A DNA stretch of 64,000 nt from Somniosus microcephalus. Taxonomy: Eukaryota. The notes beneath the pieces were generated by a model. The model made no database searches. It was not told the DNA's origin and saw only the letters and a list, made by a program, of their open reading frames with translations. A program made the translations under genes and the position numbers. Each line of letters opens with the position of its first letter. The stretch's first letter is position 1. The stretch spans positions 226,424,001 through 226,488,000 of the forward strand of contig CM126211.1 of NCBI GenBank assembly GCA_052327205.1. The letters run 5' to 3'. Positions 24,935 through 36,302 of the stretch are shown here, piece after piece.

Positions 24935-25346
24935 TTTTTTCTTAAATTCATTCATGGGATGTGGGTATCGCCAGCATTTATTGCCCATCCCTAATCGCCC
25001 TCGAGAAGGTGGTGGTGACCACTGAGTGATTGCTGGGCCATTTCAGAGGAGCAGTTAAGAGTCAACCACATTGCTGTGGGTCTGGAGTCACATACAGGGC
25101 CAGACCAGGGTAAGGACGGCAGGTTTCCTTCCCTAAAGGGCATTAGTGAACCAGATTGGGTTTTTATGACAATCGCAGTAGTTTCATGGTCACCAGTACT
25201 GATACCAGCTTTTTATTCCAGATTTTTATTTAATTAATTGAATTTAAATTCCCCAGCTGCCGTGGTGGGATTTGAACTCGTGTCTCCGGATCATCAGTCC
25301 AGGCCTCTGGATTATCTAGTCCAGTAACATGACCACTATGCTACCA
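24935..25346 (-). mobile_element. tRNA-derived SINE sharing its tail with the LINE at 59375-60100
   Basis: Minus-strand head GGTAGCATAGTGG...GAGTTCAAATCCC; tail GCCAGCATTTATTGCCCATCCCTAATCGCCC identical at ~24970 and ~59414. Confidence 0.75.
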
Positions 25347-25354
25347 TCCCCCGA

Positions 25355-25730
25355 TTCACCCACCTCAATTTGCACCGAGTTGGGATGCTACAAATTGAAC
25401 CATTGCCAACCGAGTTGGGCGGAGGAGAAAGCAGCCAGGATTCCTGCCCCCTGCCCGCTGGAATGTTGGCAGAGGACGGGGGCTCAAGCTCCGCCGCGAT
25501 GCCCACCACGGCCGAATAGCCCCGCCGCGCTCCACGCTGGAAAGTGCACGGTTGTACGTACGTTGGTTACGAGGACGGGATCCGGTTCAGCTGCGATGCC
25601 CACCACAGCCGAATAGCCTGCCGATGCTCACAAATCTCGGCTCGCTTCGTGGTGAATGGCAACTTGGGGGGGGGGGGGCGCGGGGAAGAGGTACCAGAGG
25701 GCGACCTTAAATCAGCGACACCTTCAGAAT
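25355..25730 (+). mobile_element. AmnSINE2-like ancient SINE with internal duplication
   Basis: GCGATGCCCACCAC(A/G)GCCGAATAGCC occurs twice (~25496, ~25593); motif chain as at 20020. Confidence 0.55.
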
Positions 25731-26668
25731 AAAAGTGGTCGAGAAAAACTGGTTTTCAAGAGGAAAGCCCCCCCCACCTAAAAAAAAAGGATCTTAATAA
25801 TCAGGTTTGACAATACAAAAGACAAGTGGAAGACAATGGAATAACAGCGAGATTATATGGTACAATATAAAGTGATCCGATGCTCCAGTTTTATTACTGA
25901 ATCAAATATCGATATGAATCGCACCCCAAATGGAGGTAGGTAGTTATGCACATAAAATTTAAAATTTATTATTTAAAAGAAAAAATGCGGGGGGGGGGGG
26001 GGGGGGGGGGGTAGTGAAACTCAGCGTGTGGAATGACCCCCTGACCAGGTTGTGTGCAAGTAGCATAATTTACCAATTTACATCACCATCGACGGGACGA
26101 AAAACAAAAACAAATTAAAAAAAAAAAATAAACCCACTCCGGAATGGGTACGGTTCTGCCGATGGTTGAAAACGTGAAGCGCACGAGCAGAACCGAAGGG
26201 AAGAGATCGTCAGCGTACTATCAGGACCTGGGATCTTCAAGTCTTGCCCACAGAAATAACATATCTCGCAAATTGCTAGTTATCCACCTACAGTGTCACT
26301 CGACGGTCGGAGAGAAGCTTGCTTAGAAAGCCAGGTCAGGTTCGGCACATTCATACAGCCTTTTTGTTTTTGTTGAAGTTTGCTGCTATTTCCCACCACC
26401 CCCCCCCCCCCCCCCGACCACTCCGAACACCCCCCATTTATCTAAACTAAAAAAAAAGGCACAGTGCTGTCAACCTGTGACGCGCGGGAGGAAATTCCAC
26501 ACATACGAGGAGAAAGAGAAACTTTTAAAGAGGGGAGCTCTTAAAAGATTTAAGATTTTTGGAAAATTTTAATTAATTAGTGAAGGCACTTCTGGTTTAA
26601 TTCAAAGAGACGGGCAACAGTTGCTCCAAGATACAAAGGCCCGTCCTTCACTGCAGTTCAGATTTGGC

Positions 26669-27748
26669 TCATTTCAATTTCAAGACATACTGAATGTCCG
26701 AGGACCCACTGACATCCAGGCAATGTAGCGCCTGTTCCTTCTGAACAAAGCCGAACTGCCGGTGGAATGAACCTTCTTTCGCCGTCTTCCCGCATCTCAG
26801 CAGGCTGGTTCCGACGGAGATTTTTTTGATGGAGGGCAGGTAGTTCAGAACGGCGCTCGATAGCGTCGCAACTCCAGTCTTTTCCAGGTTGAGCTCCTGC
26901 AGGGAGCCCAAGCCATCGAACACCGCCACATCTAAGGCTTTCAAGTTCACATTGTGCGACAAGTCTAAGATCTGTAGGTTCTGTAGCCCCTTAAAGCTGT
27001 TGGGGGACAGCGCGCTCAGCTCTGGAAGGTTCCGTAGCGATAAGCGGGTCAGTTCCTGCAACCCTGTGAAAGCGTTCTCGGGAATGGTGGCGATCATGTT
27101 GCGGTCCAGGTTGAGATAGCGCACTGGAACGTCAGAAAGGTAGCGCGTCGGCACGGACCCCAATCTATTTCCCGACAAATTCAGGCTATAAATATTGGGA
27201 ACACTTTTATCGAGACTTCGGACGACAGTGGCTATCAGGTTGCCCGACAGGTCCACACTCAGGGGCTTCCTATGTCCCTTGGATGTGAAAGCGTCCAGAT
27301 TGATTTCGCGGAGTTTGTTGTCGCTGAGGTCTACTTCTCCGAGAGGCAGGTTTGAAAAGATTCCCTCTTCGAGCGCTTCCAGGGAATTATGACTCAGGTT
27401 TAGCGCCTCGAGGTATCGCAGTTTAGAGAAGGTGCTGGAAGACATGCCAGTAATCTCGTTGTAGCTAAGATCGAGACTCACCAACGTTGTGTAGCCGGGT
27501 CCTGTAAACATCAAGGGAGAGATGGCCTTCAAGCGGTTCGAAGACAAGTCCAGATAAGAGGTATCCAACGGTATGGGGACAACGGTGAGGTGAGGCCCAA
27601 CACCGCTACAGTCAACTTTGGTCAGACTGAAACTGCTGAACATGCCGAAACTTTCCACTTCACAGTGACACCCTGGGAAGCAGGTCATCAGGCCGCCATC
27701 ACAGGAGACAAGGAACACAACCACAACCAACCAGGCGGAGCAAGCCAT
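26669..27748 (-). CDS. TSKU: Tsukushi, secreted small leucine-rich proteoglycan (359 aa, single coding exon)
   Basis: Signal peptide; CFPGCHCEVESFG.F.SFSLTKVDCSG.GP..VPIPLDT.YLDLSSNRL and GPGYTTL..LDLS.N match TSKU N-terminus as I recall it; tandem LRRs; splice acceptor TTTTACAATGCAG 7 nt before ATG. Confidence 0.95.
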   Translation of the reverse strand: MACSAWLVVVVFLVSCDGGLMTCFPGCHCEVESFGMFSSFSLTKVDCSGVGPHLTVVPIPLDTSYLDLSSNRLKAISPLMFTGPGYTTLVSLDLSYNEITGMSSSTFSKLRYLEALNLSHNSLEALEEGIFSNLPLGEVDLSDNKLREINLDAFTSKGHRKPLSVDLSGNLIATVVRSLDKSVPNIYSLNLSGNRLGSVPTRYLSDVPVRYLNLDRNMIATIPENAFTGLQELTRLSLRNLPELSALSPNSFKGLQNLQILDLSHNVNLKALDVAVFDGLGSLQELNLEKTGVATLSSAVLNYLPSIKKISVGTSLLRCGKTAKEGSFHRQFGFVQKEQALHCLDVSGSSDIQYVLKLK

Positions 27749-28684
27749 TGTTTACCTGCATTGTAAAAGGAGAAAGCGAGGTTAACAAAAGGCTGGCTAG
27801 AACCCGTTCGAAATGACGGGGAAAAAAAAGCTTACTGAATTAATCAGAACATTCGAGAAAACAAGATCCCTTTCACTCTAGCCAAGTTTTGCCGTTAGGT
27901 TGGCTAGAATTACTGGAATAAACATTAATATAAAGTATTACCGGGGCGAATGTAAGCGGCATCCTACTGAGCCAGAGGAATTAGAGGACCATGCAGCAAG
28001 ATATCCGGCGCACAAGACTCCCTTAATTAGTACGTACAGGGACTCTCTTCTCTCTTTCTAGTAAGGCGATGCTGCAGACCTTAACCATGTAGCAAGAGAC
28101 TAAAAACTATTGAGTAGACAACAAGATTTTATTCTGACACCAATCAGAAGGGAAAAGGATTTAAACAAAAACCTGAAGGAACATAGAATGTAAACCAGCT
28201 AGAGAGGCGTATGTATTTTACACCATCTAACACACACGTTTACCACGTTACCTTGATACTAATTTAATGATTTTACTTGTGTTTGGAGAAGATATTTAAA
28301 TGTGTGTACAGGGTTTACAGCCGTGCTGAGTTGGTATCTGCTCACCAATATAAAAGACAGAAGAAAATCCAATCATTATTCCAAGCACCAATGAGCAGCT
28401 TTTAGAATTCCTAGTGTGGAAAGCCTGGTACAATGGATGTGAAAATTACATTTTGTGGTTTTAGAGTTATCAAACGCTACTGAAACCTTCAGAAAAAAAA
28501 CCTTTTAGCAAAGCGGGGGCGGGGGGTGGTTTAGAAAATGAAGTGTGTGGGGGGGAAGGGGAAATGGAAGAAATACCAGCGGTCCAGTCAACCACTCTTT
28601 TCTGCCGACTCGCGATTGCCCCTTTTACACTAGCGCACAGTCAGAATCTAACTCTCTGGGGTCATAAGAACATAAGAAATAGAA

Positions 28685-29131
28685 TAGCATTTATAGAGCG
28701 CCTTTCACAACCTCAGGACGATCCAAAGCGCTTTACAACCAATTAATTACTTTTTTTTTTAAGTGTAGTCACTGTTGTAATGTAGGAAACGTGGCAGCCA
28801 ATTTGCGCACAGCAAACAGCAATGTGAGAATGAGCAGATAATCTGTTTTTTTAGTGATGTTGATTGAGGGATAAATATTGGCCAGAACACCAGGGATAAC
28901 TCCCCCTGCTCTTCTTCGAAATAGTGCCGCGGGATCTTTTCCGTCCACCCGAGAGTGCGCCTCGGTTTAACGTCTCATCCGAAAGAAGGCAGCTTTGACA
29001 GTGCAGCACTCCCTCAGCACTGCGCTGGAGTGTCAGCCTAGCTTTTTGTGCACAAGTCTCTGCGAGTGGGCCTTGAACCCGCAGCCTTCGGACTCAAGAG
29101 GCCAGAGTGCTACCCACTGAGTCACGGCTGA
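28685..29131 (-). mobile_element. SacSINE1-like SINE, full length (TSKU intron)
   Basis: Head, Deu core and L2-like tail. Confidence 0.87.
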
Positions 29132-29299
29132 TCGCCATCATAGACTAGTACAGCACAGAAGGAGGCCATTCAGCCCATCAAGTCTGTGCTGGCTCTTTCG
29201 AAGAGCAATCCAGTTAGTCCCACTCCCCCGCTCTTTCCCCAGATCCCTGCAATTTTTCCTCCTTCAAGTATTTATCCAGTTCCCTTTTGAAGGCTACTA

Positions 29300-29620
29300 T
29301 TGGTGGTTCAGTCGCCACATGCTATACATCTATGGCACTGAGCCATTCAGACCAGAAGGGTCCCATCTCCAATCACTGACCGTTGCCCATCTCAGTCAGG
29401 GCAATGGAGTTGGCACAATAATTATCTTCAGCCTCTGGGTTTGGGAAGGGATGGGCACGAGGACACTGATCAATACCCAGGAAGATCTACTGGAAATGCC
29501 CATGGGGGGTCACTGGGCGAGGATGGGTTTGAGCTGGGCTCGAATGTTCTGGACGCTTCGAATAACCCATTGACACTCGCTACTCATGCTCAGTTTCAGG
29601 TCTGTCACTTGGGTGAAGGA
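29300..29620 (+). mobile_element. AmnSINE2-like ancient SINE, highly degraded
   Basis: GGCACTGAGCCATTCAGACCAG head and downstream motif chain as at 20020/25355. Confidence 0.45.
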
Positions 29621-29649
29621 CTGGAAGCCCATCCTCACCAACAGATCCC

Positions 29650-30245
29650 TATCTGTCAGACTGAAAGATTAGAGAAACCAAGATTCTTCGCTCAGTATAG
29701 TCAGGACAGAGATCGATAGATTGTTGGATACTAAGGGAATCAAGCGATATAGTGTGGGAAGGTGGAGTTGAGGTAGAAGATCAGCCATGATCTTACTGAA
29801 TGGCTCGAAGGGCCTACCCCTGCTTTTATTTCTAATGTTCTCCTTAAGAACAGAGACAGTTAAGGGAAATTTAATAAAGGTGTTCAAAATTATGAGGAGT
29901 TTTGATAGAGTTAATAAGGAGAAAATGTTTCCATTAGTAGGAGGGTCAGTAACCAGAAGACACAGATTTAAGAAAATTGGTAAAAAAAACAGGAGAGATG
30001 AGAATTTTTATTTTTTTTATTTTTAAAAACACCGAGTTGTTGTGATCTGGAACGCGCTGCCTGAAGGGCGATGGGAGCAGATTCAATAGCAACTTTCAAA
30101 AGGGAATTAGATATATGCTTGAAAAAGAAAAATTTTACAGGGCTACGGGGAAAGAGCAGGGGGGAGTGGGACTAATCGGAGAGTTCTTTCAAAGGGCCGG
30201 CACAGGCACGTTGGGCTGAGCGGCCTCCTTCCGTGCTGTACGATC
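29650..30245 (+). mobile_element. Old CR1 3' fragments
   Basis: GNLIKVFKIMRSFDRVNKEKMFPLVGGSVTR and CR1 tails. Confidence 0.75.
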
Positions 30246-31324
30246 TCACCCTGGGCAGCCACCTCTGAGAAGGAGGGGGGGGTGGGGGGGAAAAAAGAGA
30301 GGGAAATTGGGAACAACATTTTGGATGCATGAGCTGAAACTTGATCAGACTGGTAAATACGATTCGGGTAACAAGTCATACATTAAAATGAAAGTCATTC
30401 GATTTTACTTCTAGGAGTTAATTTACTCCCTCAGTCACCACTCCCAACTAATGTGCAATTGTCCAACTGTTCAGTAGCTGGCTGTTACTGATTAAGACAT
30501 ATTCCCTTAAACAGTGCCAACAACGTTGGGACTCGCTTAGCTCACCAGTGCAAAGTCCCGGTTATTAAATTGTAATGTAGCTTTACTTGTTTTGTTTTAA
30601 CAAAATGCAAGAAAGCACTTTGGGGTGGAGTTTCCGCTCGCCATAGCCGCACAATCGGGACAGAATCTACAGAACCAGCGCAAAAGAGCGGGGAATCTTA
30701 AAACGCACGTTACGCCCGAAACCACTTGTGTTCCTGTTTTCCTGCGATTTCTTCCACGGGTTCAAGATTCCATTCTGGGACCAGAATCTGGTCCTGCCCA
30801 CAGAACGGGCCATGCCCCAGTTCGAGATTGCGCCGATCGCCCCTGGTTCACGCTCATCCTCTTTAGGAGCACAGGCACTAGTAGGGGCTCGTTTTAAAAT
30901 GTTTTTTTTCCTACCAACAAATATTTAATTGGAAGTTTTAGAAGTTTACGGCACAGAAGGAGGCCACTCGGCCCATCGGGTCTGTGCCGGTCGGAAAAGA
31001 GCCTAACCCAGCCTCATCCCACTTTCCAGCTCTTGGTCCGTAGCCCTGTAGGTTGCAACACTCCAAAAGCAAGAAACTTTCTAGTACACACCAATTTAAC
31101 TATTAAATGTTTCCTTATAGTTTTTTTGATTTAAAAATCACTGAAAATTACCTATTTTTAGATCAGGTTTCTCATGGCTGGGGGGACTGTTCAACACCCA
31201 TTGGGACCCTCACCCTTCTGAACATTCACCATTATATCTTGACCTTTTTAAACATTTATTCATTCTGTGCTAGGCTACGTGAAATTCACCACTTACTGAA
31301 CAGCAGAAAATACCTGCCCCAACA

Positions 31325-32893
31325 TAAGAGTCAGAGTTATACAGCACAGAAAGAGGCCCTTCGGCCCATCGTGTCCGCGCCGGCCATCAAGCCCTGTTTA
31401 TTAAGGCTAAAGGGATCAAGGAATATGGGGAGAAGGCAGGGACAGGGTACTGAATTTGGATGATCAGCCATGACCTCATTAAATGGCGGAGCAGGCTCGA
31501 GGGGCCGAATGGCCTACTCCTGCTCCTATCTTCTATGTTTCTATTCTAATCCCATTTTCCAGCACTTGGTCCGTAGCCTTGTATGCTATGGCGGTTCAAG
31601 TGCTCATCTAAATGCTTCTTGAATGTTGTGAGGGTTCCTGCCTCTACCACCCTTTCAGGCAGTGAGTTCCAGATCCCAACCACTCTCTGGGTGAAAAAGT
31701 TTTTCTTCAAATCCCCTCTAAACCTCCTGCCCCTTACCTTGAAACTATGCCCCCTGGTTATTGACCCCTCTACTAAGGGGAAAAGTTCCTTTCTATCTAC
31801 CCTATCTATGCCCATCATAATTTTGTACACCTCAATCAGGTCCCCCCTCAGCCTTCTCTGCTCTAAGGAAAACAACACCAGCCTGTCCAGTCTCTCCTCA
31901 TAGCTGAAGCGCTCCAGCCCAGGTAACATCCTGGTGAATCTCCTCTGCACCCTCTCCAATGCAATCACATCCTTCCTATAGTGTGGCGACCAGAACTGCA
32001 CACAGTATTCCAGCTGTGGCCTAACTAGCGTTTTGTACAGCTCCATCATAACCTCCCTGCTCTTATATTCTATGCCTCGGCTAATGAAGGCAAGTATCCC
32101 ATATGCCTTTTTAACCACCTTATCTACCTGTCCTGCTGCCTTCAGGGATCTATGTACATGCACACCAAGGTCCCTCTGATCCTCTGTCCTTCCTAGGGTC
32201 CTACCATTCATTGTGTATTCCCTTACCTTGTTAGTCCTCCCAAAATGCATCACCTCACACTTTTCAGGGTTAAATTCCATTTGCCACTGTTCTGCCCATC
32301 TGACCAACCCGTCTATATCGTCCTGTAGCCTGAGGCTTCCCTCCTCGCTATTTACCACTCCACCAATTTTTGGGTCATCTGCGAACTTACTGATCATACC
32401 TCGTACATTCATATCTAAATCATTAATGTACACTACAAACAGCAAAGGACCCAGCACTGATCCCTGCGGTACACCACTGGACACAGGCTTCCAGTCACAA
32501 AAACAACCTTCGACCATCACCCTCTGCCTCCTGCCACTAAACCAATTTTGGATCCAATGTGCCAAACTGCCCTGGATCCCATGGGCTCTTACCTTCTTGA
32601 CCAGTCTCCCTTGCAGGACTTTGTCAAAAGCCTTACTGAAGTCCATGTCGACTACATCAACTGCACTACCCTTATCCACACACCTAGTCACCCCCTCGGA
32701 AAATTCAATCAAATTGGTTAGACATGATCTCCCCCTGACAAAGCTATGCTGACTATCCTTGCCTCTCCAAGTGGAGGCTAATTCTGTCCCTCAGAATTTT
32801 TTCCAATAATTTCCCTACCACTGATGTTAGGCTCACTGGCCTGCAATTCCCTGGTTTATCCCTACTACCCTTCTTGAATAATGGTACTACACT
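31325..32893 (-). mobile_element. CR1 LINE RT half (third subfamily), with a + strand CR1 tail inserted at ~31400-31543
   Basis: ORF 31546-32712: [23 protein letters not shown]. Confidence 0.92.
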
Positions 32894-32894
32894 G

Positions 32895-33341
32895 AGAAAG
32901 AAAGAAGACTGGCATTTCTATAGCGCCTTTCATGACCACCAGACGTCCCAAAGTGCTTTACAGCCAATGAAGTACTTTTGAAGTGCAGCAGCCAATTTGC
33001 ACACAGCAAGCTCCCACAAACAACAATGTGATAATGACCAGATAACCTGTTGTTAGTGATGTTGATTGAGGGATAAATATTGGCCTCAAGACACCGGGGA
33101 GAACTCCCCTGCTCTTCTGCGAAATAGTGCCGTGGGATCTTTCACATCCACCCGAGAGGGCAGACGGGGCCTCGGTTTAACGTCTCATCCGAAAGACGGC
33201 TCCTCCGACAACGGAGCACTTCCTCAGCACTGCACTGGAGTGTCAGCCTAGATTTTGTGCTCAAGTCTCGGGAGTGGGGACTGTGAACCAACAACCTTCT
33301 GACTCAGAGGCGAGTGCGCTACCCACTGAGCCATGGCTGAC
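32895..33341 (-). mobile_element. SacSINE1-like SINE, full length
   Basis: Head, Deu core, tail. Confidence 0.87.
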
Positions 33342-35651
33342 GAGAGGGTGGAGTGTATATCGCTTCGGCACCAGATTGCCATTCCAGTCCTTGCAATCAA
33401 TCTCGTCTCCCTCCTTCCCTCTTTCTGCCCCCAGCGATAAAGGAGTTAATTCAGTGCACTGTCGGCAGCGCCGTGATCAGTTTGCCGAGATCAGCTTTTG
33501 AACAAAGGACCCAGGGTGTTGCTTTTCCACTTGGTGAACTTTTACCAGACGCTAGCTGGTGGCTATTTAACATCTGCAACCCTTCGGAAACTTCCCACAG
33601 ATGTCGGTGTGCACAAGGCGTTGCTGCAATCCTGCAAGGGGAATCTAGGCAATGGGTTTCCTTCCTATTTCACCGCATTGGGCAGTCTACAATTTAATCA
33701 CATTCTCACATTTCCGAATTCAAACACTGCCACTTTGTTGTTCTTAAAACAATCAAGTACAATTCGCACCAGCAAGTTTATTTTTTATAGTTTCTCGCCT
33801 TTAGAATCAGCGTTTATCCTATTTCTCATTCACTCCCAAATAAACAATGTACTTGAGGTAACGTGTGGAGCCCTTGTGCACGATTTTTGTGTGTCTTATA
33901 ATGAACGCTCCTGTTGGGACATTTTACTACATTAAAGGCGCTATATAAATACAAGCTGTTGTTGAGCTGAATGCCACACAGTATCCCTTGTAGAGAGGCA
34001 AGTGCGACCCTTTAGGCTAACTTTTAGACTTTTTTACAAAGTTATCAGAGCCTCCATGTGATGGATTCAAAGTTCCTTGTTTTGAGCCTCTATATCCTCT
34101 ATGAGAAATCGTTAAATATATCCAATAACTTTTACTAGAGGAGTTTTGTATTTTTTTTTTAAAGGAGGGGGTGGAGGAAATCCTAACACTTAAAAGTTTA
34201 GTGTAGAGATGCCGGAGTTGGACTGGGGTGACTTCTTACACTTACAAGTTTGTGGGAGCTTGCTGTGCGTGAATTGGCTCCCGCGTTTCCTACATTACAG
34301 CAGTGACTGCACTTTAAAAAGTACTTCATTGGCTGTAAAGCGCTTTGGGACGTCCTGAGGTTGTGAAAGGCGCTATAGAAATGCAAGTTAGTCTTTCTCA
34401 AATGGACAAAGGCTGAAGGAGTGAAATGGTCTTCTCCCCAAGCGACAAGATATGAAACCTCCAGAATCGTTTGAGCACAGAGTTTGAACCTCACAACTCC
34501 ACAACTGACGGTGACAGAACCGGGGAGGGTGGGAATGTCGAGCCGGTGAAGGATTCGAGATCCCGGGGAGGGGGGAAATCTGCAGACAAAAAGCAGCGAG
34601 AGACACGACTCACTCGGCAGCACCAGCGTCCCTCTGCTGCCGAGAAAAAAAATCACTTGCACTGTGCAACTGAGAACACTTAAAAGAAAAAAACTGGTTC
34701 AAACTTCCAGCTCCCTTCCAAACAAAAAAAAACGAAGTGTTAGTCAGACTCACTGAAAGAAAAAAAATCCTAATTCCTGCCCTTTAAGTCTTGAGATCCC
34801 AAACAGCACAAGAGAGAGGGGGGAAACTTTTTTTAAATAGTGTTCTGCACCAGACAGACTAGCGTTGCACTGCAGTCAAAATAAAAGCTGGGCTTCACCG
34901 GTTTTTTTTGCACCTCTTCCCTCACCCGTGGATTAAAACTAAAAAGAAATAAGATTGAAACTTTGCAACTACAATGCAAGCGGTTCACTCTTGCAAAGCG
35001 ACGATGATGAAATAAATGAGACGGTGGTTCCTTTTTAAAAAGCGCATGGGGGGGGGGGAGGGAAGAGAGAGAAAGAAGGGGAAAAAGAAAAAACTCAAGG
35101 CTTGAAATTTGACGCGTGCAACTCTTAGCGTCTGCACCTTGTCTGGAAATTCGCCTCGCTGCACTTATTTTAAAATGCTTTTTAAAAAAAGACTTTCAAC
35201 TGCAACCAATCTGTTAAAAACAAAATCCTCTTTTGCAAAAATTAAACACACTTGGTTTTAACATAAGCTGCCTTCTTGTGCATTTCCTAAAAGCAAAGTT
35301 GTTTCAGTTTTTGCATTGTCGTTCTGCATAAAACAAAAAATCGACGTGCTCTGGTTCAAAGATTTGAGAGTCTGCTCCTAATAAAAAGAGGAGAAATAAC
35401 ATACTGGGTATGTTTTGTAAAGTCGGCCAGAACTTATTGGTGGCGCAAACTGGCTCTAACTTCTGTCAGCCGGCGCAATAGTAAAATCATCTGAAGAAAA
35501 AAAATGTATATAATGCTCAGATTCAGAGATGGAAGAATCCAAACTTGCAAAATTGTGAGAGAGAGAATGATCCTTTCGCCGGGATCAGAGCGCCTAGTGT
35601 CTGTCTCCCTGTGTCTGGGTAATGAAGGCTCGGCTACTTCCAAGTTAACAG

Positions 35652-36075
35652 ACTTACCGGCTCTGCAACGTGTACACCCCAACTATACTGTGCAAGAAAA
35701 GGCAAGCTCAGTCCTCCAGCCAGTCCGCGGGGTCTGCTTTTTTCCAGCTTTTAATGCAACGCTCGCATGATCTTAAATCCCCAAAAAACCGGGAGCGTTG
35801 CTGCCGATCAGCACAATCTTGCACCGCCCTTTGCTTGGCAGGTCCAAAAGGGGAAGAGGAGGAGGAGAAGAAAAAAAAGCAAGCACACCTTTGCACCGTC
35901 CCATCGCCCGCCTAACACGCGAACGAATGATCCGGCCAGAGGGGCACAAATGCTCCACAGACGCTGCGGCCGCACCTTCAGCAATGCGCCACGTGGGGGC
36001 GAGAGTGAGACACGCAGAGCCGGCGGCCAGACCGACCAATCGCCAGCGGCGCCGCATCCAGGTGACGTTCTAAAT
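35652..36075 (-). promoter_or_regulatory. TSKU: Putative TSKU CpG-rich promoter and non-coding exon 1
   Basis: Repeat-free CpG-rich stretch; consensus donor CCG|GTAAGT (GT at 35657-35656) facing the acceptor at 27757; CACGTG E-box ~35990 and CCAAT ~36036. Confidence 0.6.
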
Positions 36076-36302
36076 TGGAACGCCTATTTTCTGAATGGGA
36101 GCCTGAATACTATCAACTTTACAACTTAACAACAACAACAACTTGTAGCGCCTTTTAACGCAGTAAAATGTCCCAAGGCGCTGCACAGGAGTATTTTAAG
36201 ACAACGCATTTGACACCGATCCACATTAGGAGAAATTAGGGCAGGTGACCAAAAAGCTTGCTCAAAGAGGTAGGTTTTAAGGAGCGTCTTAAAGGAGGAG
36301 GA

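Noticed and set aside
26889-27392. Antisense ORFs within TSKU
   Set aside because: Short shadows of the coding strand with no independent support
30620-30930. CpG-rich patch in TSKU intron starting GGGGTGGAGTTTCC, possible MITE end
   Set aside because: No matching opposite TIR or TSD found, so not called
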